Below are positions 1 through 10,999 of a stretch of DNA of 64,000 nucleotides, one piece after another (the stretch's first letter is position 1; each line of letters starts with the position of its first letter). The notes under the pieces were generated by a model. The model was not told where the DNA came from. It ran no database searches and saw nothing but the letters and a program-made list of their open reading frames with translations. This DNA is from Octopus vulgaris (lineage: Eukaryota), in assembly GCA_951406725.2 (NCBI GenBank), contig OX597839.1, forward strand, positions 16,058,001-16,122,000, given 5' to 3'. Both the position numbers and the translations under genes were made by a program.

Positions 1-430
1 TTTGCCACAAGGGCAGTAATTTGGGGGGAAGGGGATGAGTTGAATACATCGATCCCATTACTCTACTGGTACTTATTTTATTGACCCCAAAAGGATGAAA
101 GGCAAAGTTAACCATGGCAGAATTTGAACTCAGAACATACAGACAGATGAAATACCACAAAGCATTTTGCCCAGCATGCTAATAATTCTGCCAGCTCACC
201 ACCTTAATAATAATGATAATAATAATTTCAAATTTTTCCACAACGCCAGCGATTTCAGGGGAGGTGGGTAAATCAATTACATCGACCCCAGTGCTCCTTA
301 TTTTATTGACCCTGAAAGGATGAAAGGCAAAGTCGACCTAGGCAGAAGTTGAATTCAGAACATAAAGATGAACAAAATGCTGCGAAGCATTTTGCCCAGA
401 ATGCTAATGATTCTGCCAGCTCACCACCTC

Positions 431-476
<46 letters not shown>

Positions 477-935
477 GTAATAGTAATAATAATAATGGTT
501 TCCACAAGGGCAGCCATTTTGTGATAGGGGACTAGTTGATTACAGCAACTCCAGTGTTTCACTTGTACTTAATTTATCAACCCCAAAAGGATGAAAGGCA
601 AAGTCGACCTTGTCGGAGTTTGAATTCAGAATGTGAAGACAGACGAAATACTGCTAAGTATTTCATGTGGCGTGCTAACAATTCTGTCAACTTACCACCT
701 TAATAATAATAATAATTATTATTTCAAATTTTTACCACAAAGGCAGCTTGGGGGAGGTGGGGATGAGTCAATTACATTGACGCACCCCTGTGTTCAACTG
801 GTACTCATTTTATCAACCCTGAAAGGTTGAAAGGCAAAGTTGACCTCGGCAGAATTTGAACTCAGAAGGTGAAGACGGACAGAATACTGCTAAGCTTTTC
901 ATCCAGCATGCTAAGGATTCAGCCAACTTGTCGCC

Positions 936-937
<2 letters not shown>

Positions 938-969
<32 letters not shown>

Positions 970-986
970 TAATAATAATGATGATG

Positions 987-1023
<37 letters not shown>

Positions 1024-1064
1024 TAATAATAACAATAATAATAATAATAATGATAATAATAATG

Positions 1065-1095
<31 letters not shown>

Positions 1096-1124
1096 TAATA
1101 ATAATAATGATGATAATAATAATA

Positions 1125-1155
<31 letters not shown>

Positions 1156-1172
1156 TGATAATAATAATGATG

Positions 1173-1203
<31 letters not shown>

Positions 1204-1241
1204 TAATAATAATAATGATAATAATAATAATAATAATAATG

Positions 1242-1275
<34 letters not shown>

Positions 1276-1280
1276 TGATG

Positions 1281-1311
<31 letters not shown>

Positions 1312-1337
1312 TAATAATAATAATAATAATAATAATG

Positions 1338-1383
<46 letters not shown>

Positions 1384-1391
1384 TAATAATA
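938..1391. repeat. (AAT)n microsatellite, ~450 bp
   Basis: Direct reading; GAT/AAC interruptions. Confidence 0.98.
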
Positions 1392-2012
1392 TAGTTGAAG
1401 TGAAGGCCTAGTGCATGTGTTTAATTGGCAAAATATGACCACCCCCAAGTATAACAATAGATGTATATATATATTTTTGCTTATACATAAACTTGTATAT
1501 GCACACACACACGCTCACATATATACACACAGACATATATATATACATGTACATGTATATATGTGTATGCGAATATATAAAGTGCAAACGTACAAAACTC
1601 TCAGCCCATGAGTCAATCTGTTGCTTCAGCTAAATATTAATAAAAATGTACACACAGACACACATACACACACATAAGTGCTTTGTGTTGATATAAACAA
1701 ATTTTTCATCCTTCAGTCAAATATAATGCATTTGGTTTTGCACATTTTGTAACAATGGGGCTGAGAAAATATATTTTACAATGTTATTAATTGTTTTTTT
1801 TCCTTTTTTTCTTTTCAATTTTGATGATTTGTTGATTTCCTCAAACATTTTTTCAGTTGTCAGTCTTCATATAAAAGATAAATGTTTTTATAAATATGCC
1901 CAACTTGTTTTGGCATTTACAGATTTAAATCTATTTGTGCGTGTGTGTGTGTGCACACAAGTGTGTGTGTGTGTTTAAGTGTGTGTGTGAGTGTGTACAT
2001 GTGGTAAGTATA

Positions 2013-2432
2013 GGTGCAGGAGTGGCTGTGTGGTAAGTAGCTTGCTTACCAACCACATGGTTCTGGGTTCAGTCCCACTGCGTGGCACCTTGGGCAAGTG
2101 TCTTGTACTATAGCCTCAGGTCGACCAGAGCCTTGTGAGTAGATTTGGTTTTCGGAAACTGAAAGAAGCCTGTCGTATATATGTATATATATATATATGT
2201 ATGTATATGATTGTATGTATATGTATGTATATGATTGTGTGTCTGTGTTTGTCTCCCCAACATCGCTTGACAAATGATGGTGTGTTTATGTCCCTGTCAC
2301 TTAGTGGTTCAGCAAGAGAGACCGACAGAATAAGTACTAGGCTGACAAAGAATAAGTCCTGGGGTCGATTTGCTCGACTAAAGGCAGTGCTCCAGCATGG
2401 CCGCAGTGATATGACTGAAACAAATAAAAGAA
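2013..2432 (+). mobile_element. tRNA-derived SINE family A (copies also ~7705-7910, 17095-17260, 29500-29925, 34930-35295, 39360-39735, 45112-45500, 45788-46210)
   Basis: A/B boxes tggctgtgtgg / ggttcagtccc; conserved body; internal (TA/TG)n; gtaaaagag tail. Confidence 0.85.
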
Positions 2433-2887
2433 TGTGTGTGTGTGTATGTGTATGTGTGTGTTTGTATGTGTATGTATAAATGTTTGTGCGTGTATATATG
2501 TAATAATAAATAAATGCGCCGTTTTAAAGCCTAGCCAGGCTCATGGGCCCGGTTTCCCGGTTTGTATGGCATATGTGTTCCCTAGCTGGATGGGACGCCA
2601 GTCCATCGCAGCGTTTCTCATTTTTGCCATCTGAGTGGATTGGAGCAACATGAAATGAAGTGTTTGCTCAAGAACACAATGCGTCACCTGGTCCAGGAAT
2701 CGAAACCACAATCTTAAGATCATGGTGCTGACACCCTAACCACTTAGTCACTTGCCTCCACGTGTATATATATATACACGAGGGAGGGAAGAAGGGGGAG
2801 AAGCAACACAGGTGCAGGTGTGAGCATGGACGCCAACTCCGCCGCCAATTAAAAAAAACATGCGTTAAAATGGAAAAAAATGATGTT

Positions 2888-2965
<78 letters not shown>

Positions 2966-2974
<9 letters not shown>

Positions 2975-3192
2975 GAGAAATAACCTCTATTAAGTAATTC
3001 AATAGTGAAAGACATTATCTATATTAAATAGAAAAAATTTAAATGTACTATAATAAATATTATTTAAAAAATCACTAAATTAAATAGTTTTGAATAATAT
3101 TTATTATAGCATATTTAAATTTTTTTCTATATAATAAAGATAATGTCTTTACTATTGAATTACTTAATAGAGGTTATTTCTCTTAATTATAT
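2966..3192. repeat. Long imperfect palindrome (~100-bp arms, ~18-nt loop) next to (TA)n
   Basis: aattaagagaaataacctctattaagtaattcaatagt... pairs with ...actattgaattacttaatagaggttatttctcttaatt. Confidence 0.9.
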
Positions 3193-3327
3193 ACATATAT
3201 TATATATTGTGAAATCTGATTTAGAATTGCTAAATTGAATTTTTCCCTGTAAGTTTGGAATTATATTCCCTACTACTATTATTATTATTATTATATATAT
3301 ATATGTGTATATATATATATAAATATA

Positions 3328-4226
3328 CTAGCAGTATCGCCCGGCGTTGCTCGGGTTTGTAAGGGAAATAATTATATAAGCATTTTTAGTGAGTTATAGC
3401 AAAAAAATAGCAAAAAAATGCATTAAAAATGGATAAAAAATGATGGTAATTTTTTTTTAAATTGTTGACTCATCGTAGACATTTTTAGAGAGTTACTACA
3501 CTTATATAATAGCGAAAAAATGCATTAAAATGGAAAAAATGATGGTAAATTTTTTTTTAAATCGTAGACTCATCGTAGACGCGCTAATACCCAGAAGGGC
3601 TCAATATGAATCACGACTATAAGATACCCGGTTTTGGTTAAACTGCACCGCAAAATGTGGGAGTAGTTAGGAATCTAAATCGTAGGAGACAGACACACAA
3701 CTTCACTTTTATATATAAAGATTTGTGCAACAACTAAAACATTCGGTTGTGCAAATTGTTTGCAGAGGAAACCTGCCCTGTGTGGTGGTTTTTGCCGTTT
3801 TTGTGGATCTGTTTCAGCTTTTTTAGCGATTTCTGTTTTGGCGACTTCAAGCCATGAAGTCGTTGTTCTAAAAGAACGCTGGTCTCCTTGACAACGCTTT
3901 ACGACGTTGATTTCCTTACACTCCCTTCCCCACAGCTTCACGAGGGAGGGAAGAAGGGGGAGAAGCAACACAGGTGCAGGTGTGAGCTTGGACGCCAACT
4001 CCGCCGCCAATTAAAAAAACATGCGTTAAAATGGAAAAAAATGATGTTAAATTATTTTTAAAATCGTAGACTCATCGTAGACGCACGCTAAGACCCAGAC
4101 AGGCTCGATATGAATCACGACTATAAGATACTCGAATTTGGTTAAACTGCATCGCAAAATGTGGGAGTAGTTAGGAATCTAAACGAAGGGGACAGACACT
4201 CACACAACTACAGTTTTATATATATA

Positions 4227-4229
<3 letters not shown>
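3328..4229 (-). mobile_element. Non-autonomous Helitron, tandem units
   Basis: 5' TC-TATATATAAAA, 3' hairpin cccgagcaacgccggg + CTAG; two units. Confidence 0.75.
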
Positions 4230-4281
<52 letters not shown>

Positions 4282-4303
4282 CTCGTTCGGAGATTTATTA
4301 ATG

Positions 4304-4355
<52 letters not shown>

Positions 4356-4571
4356 TTAAAATCTAATTTTAAAGTCTCTTTAAGAGGTGATTGCAGTAGT
4401 TGTATTCGCAAGTGATGTTTGTAGCCACTTCAACATGGCTGTTCCATTTAAACGGTATTTACTGTAATTTTTTAACCCCAAGGACATCTCCTTTAGCTGG
4501 TTAACGATGCACAGCTGCATCAGATATATTGTGATCAAGGGAATGAATCCCTACCACTTTCTAGCAACAGG

Positions 4572-4624
4572 ACCAGCATACCAGTCTTGTTTTGGGTTAT
4601 TTCTACCTCTCTTCAGTACTGGAC
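4572..4624 (-). ncRNA. Type I hammerhead motif (degenerate, GAAA>AAAA)
   Basis: ccagta-CTGAAGA-gaggtagaaataaccc-aaaa-caagactgg-TA-tgctgg. Confidence 0.5.
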
Positions 4625-4874
4625 ACCTTGTCTGCTAGAGATGGCAGTAGCTCACCTCTGCTCACAATATATATAAATTCAAGTAGCACACAGCCACTGA
4701 GCCATGCTGAAGTGGCTATGAACATTGCTTGCTTATACAACTACTGTGATCATCTCTTAGAGAGATTTTAGGACCAGCTTTTTAGCTTGTTGCAAAATCA
4801 GGGACTGTGTGTTGCCTGAATTTATAGGTATTGTGAGTGGAGGCGAGCTGCTGCTATCTCTAGCAGATGAGGTG

Positions 4875-4927
4875 TCTAGTACTGAAGAGAGGCAGAAATA
4901 GCCTGAAACCAGACTGGTATCCTGGTC
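4875..4927 (+). ncRNA. Type I hammerhead motif (degenerate)
   Basis: ctagta-CTGAAGA-gaggc agaaata gcct-GAAA-ccagactgg-TA-tcctgg; palindromic stem III. Confidence 0.62.
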
Positions 4928-7900
4928 CCATCACATTTGTTTCCTTGATCGCAATATATCAGATGCAGTTGTACATCCTTAACCAGCTAGAGATGTTCTC
5001 TTGGGGTTTAAGTGCTAAAAGGTCAAAGTACTTTGAAAAATTTATAATTTTTGGTCTCTTTTGTCCAGTATCCATATTATTATCTGGTATCTCTGAATTT
5101 AATCTAAAAGGTAATTGTTTATTTTTTGCTCATCATTTTTCCCTAATGATTTTGTTCCAAACAAGGCTTGAGGCTACTGTAGTGCATGGAACTACAAAGA
5201 AGTAAAAGAAAGGGCCTACAAATTCAGAAGACGTCAATTGACAGAAACCCTAAAAAGACTGAATATTATATCTGACAGGAAAACAACACAATGGCATTGG
5301 ATTCTAGAGAGCTGCAGCTCAAAGTAAAAAGCTATTAGAAAAAAAAACAAAAACTTATGATTAACAGGAAGCTTGAAAGAGAAATGATGTGCCCAGGAAG
5401 AGAAGCAGGTGAGATGTTTAGAAGGGTTTGATTGAGGGTACTAGACAAGAAAATTTGTGAAAGCAATGACTAAGGAAACATGTATAAGAAAGATACAACA
5501 AAGAAAAATGTCAATGATGAGCAAAAGACTCCAATCTAGTAGAAAGAAAAGGACCCACCATATTGAAAATTTGATTCTGATTTCAATCAAGCAAGTTAAG
5601 ACACTCAAAGGAGGAACCAGTCTGAAGATGACAGCAATATTCAATGCAAGGTTGAATGGGGGCCTTATAGAGATACAAGATACTTTCAGGCATAAGGAGT
5701 CTGTGAGCAAGGAAGAGGAATCCTTCGCTGTGTGGCACCTTGAGCAAGCGTCCTCTGCTATAAACCCTAGGCCAACAAATGCCTTGTGAGTGGATTTAGT
5801 AGACATAAATTGTGTAGAAGCCTGTTGTATGTGTGTGTGTGCGGTGTTTTTCTACCTCCACTTCTTGCTTGACAACTGGTGTTGGTTTGTTTACATCACT
5901 GTAGCTTAACAGTTCAACAAAAGAAACAAAGAGAATGAGAGGCAGACTTTAAAAAAAATACCAGGGTCAAACTGTTCAACTGAAATTTTTCAAGGTGGTG
6001 CCCCAGCATGGCCACAGTTCAATGACTGAAACAAGTAAAATATAAAAAAATACATGCAGTATTCCATCTCCATTAGTGACATAAACGAACTGAAATTCAG
6101 TGAGTTGTTGATTAAAATTTCCCCAATTAATTTTACATGTCCTTGCATATTAAAACAATTATAAAAATTTAATTTAAATTAAGGATGATTGGGGATAATT
6201 AGTTAATCTTTAGTATAATCTTAAACAAGATTATTTAACTGGAAATAAACAGGATTGAAGAAGAAAGAGGAGGAGGAAGAGGAAAAGAAGAGAAGAAATA
6301 TTATTTTTGGCACCCGTGCAAGTGGAGCGCTAAGAGCACCATCTGAGCATGATCGTTGCCAGAGCAGCTAACTGGCTTCTATGACGGTGGCACATAAAAG
6401 CACCCACTACACTCTTGCAGTGGTTGGCGTTAGGAAGGGCATCCAGCTGTAGAAACTCTGCCGGATCAAGATTGGGAGCCTGGTGCAGCCATCTGGTTCG
6501 CCAGTCCTCAGTCAAATCGTTCAACCCATGCTAGTATGGAAAGCGAACGTTAAACGACGATGATGATGATGATGATGAAATAGCTAAAAATTTTTCAGAC
6601 ATGACAATTTCTTTCAAATAGATTTCAAAAATTTAATATATAGTATGACCTAAATACCCCATCCTCACCACCACCAACATTTTCCACCACCATCATTACC
6701 ACTTAAAGAAACAAATGGACAAAAAAAAATTGTTTGATATTGTTCGTTTTCTTCGTCTCATACACACACGCACACATACACACTCATATATAGATTACTG
6801 ATATATAGATTTATGTATATATAGATTTTAGATGTTCTGATGAACAATTATGGAGACACAGGCCAAGTGTTAAGCTCTGGAAAGCAATGACAATAGAGTG
6901 GGGTCACCTTTTATAAAATGATTTTTGTGTCTGACAGGTTTTTATTATTAATGTAATGGATTCAAAATTTCGGATTTGACACTCCAATACACACACACAT
7001 ACATACTTACATATATACATACATACTTATATACATACACACATACACATACATATATATACACTCATATATACACATACATATATACATACATACACAC
7101 ACATACATGCATACATACACATACATACATACATACATACATACATACATGCATACACACATACAGATGTATGTATGTATAAAAATTTATAAAACAAAAT
7201 GGAAATTACATGTCGAAATGTGTTAGTGTATACCGAACTTATTTCTACATATATTCTGCATACACTAATAAATTTCCAGATGTTTATCCAGTAAAAGGAG
7301 TAAATCTGTTATAAGATGGCATATGGTAGCCAATGACTGTATAAGAGCTTTGAAATCACGTTGAGCTTATTAACACCTAGATGACATTAAATAAATGCAT
7401 GTGTGGGTGGACTAGTGGTTAGAGTGTTGCATTCAATACTGCAAAATTGTGGTTTCAATTTCCAGACTGGCATTGCATTGTATTCTTGAACCAAACACTT
7501 TATTTCATGTTGCGCTTAATCCCCTCAGCTATAAATTGATAACCCTGCAATGGACTGGTATTCTGGTTAGGATTAATGTTGGTCTACTTGCCATTCAAAG
7601 GCTACAATAATGTGAGGAAGTGCATTGTGATTAGTGGTGTATAACAACATCCAACAGTATGGTTGATACAGAGAAAAATATATATATCACACACATAGAA
7701 GAGTTTACTCTTTTACTTGTTTCAGTCATTTGACGGTGGCCATGCTGGAGCACCGCCTTTAGTCAAGCAAATCGACCCCCAGGACTTATTCTTTGTAAGC
7801 CTAGTACTTATTCTATCACTCTCTTATGCTGAACCACTAAGTTACTGGGACGTAAACACACCAGCATCGGTTGTCAAGCGATGTTAGGAGGACAAACACA

Positions 7901-7940
7901 GACACACAAACATATATATGTGCATATATATATATATATC

Positions 7941-9927
7941 TCTATATATAAAACTGAAATGCGTTTGGACCGCTTGGATCACTTTCAAGGCCACTACAAC
8001 CCGTCGGATTAACTCCAAAATTTACAGGGACATGTAAAATGAGGTGACGATGCCCGTGGGCTACGTTAGAAATCCCTATCTTAAAAGGTGTCATTGCAAG
8101 GGCCAAAAACCCACTTTGATAAGTCCACTCCCATTCTTTAATGTATCTGTCTTTCCCACTCACTCACGCTATTTCCTCCCTTCCCAGCACTTTTTCACTC
8201 ACTCTACTTCCTACCTTCCCATCACTTTCACTTCATCAAATGGCGTTCTTTTATGTATCTGTCTGCATTCATACAGAGAATTATCATCCGCACCAACACC
8301 ACACAATCATGACAACAAATATTATGAATCTCGCCATCGCATTCTATTGTCTGCCTGTCAACGCGCCAATGGAGCAAATACAAACAGAACACACCAACGA
8401 GCATTCGTGTTCTGGTGATAACGTAGGTTTTTCGTATCTATTACATTTTAACATTTATTTCGAACCCTGCAAATTTTTCGTGCTAAATTTTCATTTTTTA
8501 CTACTTTATTATTTTTTCTTAAATTGATGCTTTTATTAAAATTAATTCTAATTGTCTGGGTCAACAGTTCGTTTCCTCGGAGGATATGGTAATTCCTATT
8601 ACACGTCACAGAAATAACTCCAGCAGCTCACAACTATTTCAACAAAGACAAGGTTACCTGCTTACTAGTCGAATTCAGCGTCAACGCTCACGTATGAGAG
8701 AGACTCCAACACACACACATATATACATATATATATATATAATGTGTGCATTATGTGGTCGGTTGAGCTGAAAATATGCAGACCTATGTTAAAAGTGCTG
8801 GCAAGTTTGCATGACAACTATTTTTTTCCTCAAATGAAAGGCGTCACCTCTAGGACAAAATTCCTCATCTTATAAAATGTGGCCCCAGTAGACCTGAATG
8901 AAATCGGGTTATATTAACCAAAATGTGAAAAGGGGTCTAAATGGGGCTGGAAGGGGATTAAAATTTAAAGTAGCAGGTGTTTAGGAATTCTCTGTTACAT
9001 CAAGCTAAAAAATTTGTGCCAGCCTTTTAATCGTCAATGTGTTGCTGTCCATGATGAAGTTTTGAATGCTTGCCATGGTGAGTCTACTGTCGTGAGAAAG
9101 AATCACTTCAAAACTTGGTGCTTAGGGATTTTCTTTTACATCAAGTACAAAATTATACGCCAGCCGTTAAACTGTCAAAATGTTGCTGTCCGTCGTTAAG
9201 AAATGCCAGCCATGGTGACTCTACTATCCTCAGATTCTATCCCTTCAAACTTTGGTTTCCAATATTTTATTATTTTTATTCAGTTCACAAGTTCGTCTGT
9301 CCCTTTTAAATGTTAGCGTCTTGCTGTATGCCTTGAAGCAGACCTTTCCGTTGTTACTGCCTGATATTTATGATTGATCTTTCTAAATATTTTATTTCTC
9401 AACTTACTCAAGATCTTTTGTTGTTTATAAATGGGAGAGAGATAGATAAAGATAGAGAGTAAGAGAAAGTGAGGGAGAGTCCGAGAGAAAGGAAGAGTAA
9501 GAGAGTGGGGAAAGTGAGAGAGAAAGGAGAGAGAAACAAAGAGGGAGAATCATCATCATCATCATCGTTTTACGTCCGTTTTCCGTGCTAGCACGGGTTG
9601 GACAGTTTGACCGGGGTCTGGGAAGCCAAGAGGCTGCACCAGGCTCCAGTCTGATCTGGCAGTGTTTCTACAGGTGGATGCCCTTCCTAACGCCAACCAC
9701 TCTGTGAGCGTAGTGGGTGCTTTTTTCGTGCCGCCGGCACAGGTGCCAGGGGGGCTGGCAGCGGCCACGATCGGTTGGTGCTTTTTACATGCCACCAGCA
9801 CAGAAACCAGTCAAGGCGGCCCTGCAATTGGCCACGTTCGGATGGTGCTTTTTACGTGCTCAAAGGAAGCAACAGAAAGTAACAACCACACTCTTACCCG
9901 TGCGTAGAGCGGGTCACCTTCAGCTAG
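7941..9927 (+). mobile_element. Non-autonomous Helitron (second family) with nested SINE
   Basis: 5' TCTATATATAAAACT; 3' hairpin acccgtgcgtagagcgggt then CTAG|T. Confidence 0.55.
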
Positions 9928-9976
<49 letters not shown>

Positions 9977-10126
9977 GTATGTATATGTAAAAAATACAAA
10001 CTGGGACAAGAACGCAAAACATTTAGAAGACGATACAAAAAACACGGACGGGACATTCGAAGCCTTAAATCTTCAGTCAAGAACCGGATCATCCTCGCAA
10101 TTTTGGCTGATTATATATATATATTA

Positions 10127-10161
<35 letters not shown>

Positions 10162-10350
10162 TTAAGTAGGTGAATGAATTATCCTAGCATGGAAAATTCG
10201 TTTAAGCGATACCTGGGTAGCAAATTCACGTCAGAAAACACGGTTGCAGCGACCTGTCAAGGGTAGAAACTCCGGGTTCTCGTGTGGAAATTTCTGTGTT
10301 TTTTATATGAATAAATGAAAGAATGGAGTCGAACAAAGATTTTAACAAAA

Positions 10351-10448
10351 TTCCTTTACACTCGAAACATGCTTCGAAGACGGCATACTTTTAATTCCGA
10401 AGGAATAAAGGGTGCATTATGCCATCTTCTCATCAGGAAAGATAAGGA
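10351..10448 (-). ncRNA. Type I hammerhead ribozyme motif in 3' pLTR (degenerate stem III)
   Basis: Reverse-complement copy: CTGATGA, the same long stem II, GAAG-catgtttc. Confidence 0.72.
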
Positions 10449-10999
10449 GCCTCTTTCAGCCACAAGACGAACAAAAGTTTTTGGTGATTGCCTACATGGT
10501 GACCACAGTGAAAATGAGTGTTTTTTTAAAATAATCCGTTATAAGCAATGACGTCAAAAATGGGTAGAAGGAGTATTAAAATAGGTAGGGGACACTATGT
10601 ATGCTGTATGTATGGGGATGTGCAGGTGTGTGCTTGTGATAATGAGTGCGAGTTTTTGTGTATGTGTATGAGTGCGGGTATATAACTGCATTTGTGTCTG
10701 TGTATGTGTGATTGTGCGTGTGAGGGAGACAAACGTCAAAAATACTTAACAGTAAGGTGTAAAATTTGTGTCTGTGTGTTTGATTGTGTGTGTTATAGAG
10801 AGAGAGAGGGAGATATATAAACTTACGTCAAAGATATTTAGTAGTAATGGAATAAATAACGGAGCAGAAAGAAAGTTCAAAGGCATAGGAAAGAATTTGT
10901 CTATGGCAGTGGTGTTGATGGAAAGCCAATTGTTAAAACTAAAGTGGTTATCTATATTATTTATATGAGTGGAAAGTGTGTTTCTGCCAATGCTTACAC

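Larger units (their letters stand above)
4360..5010. mobile_element. Inverted, circularly permuted HHR-containing repeat (PLE pLTR or retrozyme-like)
   Basis: 4365-4440 is the reverse complement of 4700-4775; 4475-4695 is the reverse complement of 4803-5010; hammerhead cores in both copies. Confidence 0.72.

Noticed and set aside
869-1508. Poly-N/poly-I/poly-Y/poly-L ORFs
   Set aside because: Artefacts of the (AAT)n microsatellite
5200-5806. 110-121 aa ORFs in non-microsatellite sequence
   Set aside because: No recognisable motifs or splice pattern; runs into a SINE; probably decayed LINE sequence
9990-10112. Minus-strand CTGAAGA and cagccaaaa near (TA)n, possible HHR
   Set aside because: Could not build three consistent stems; at most a truncated PLE-tail remnant
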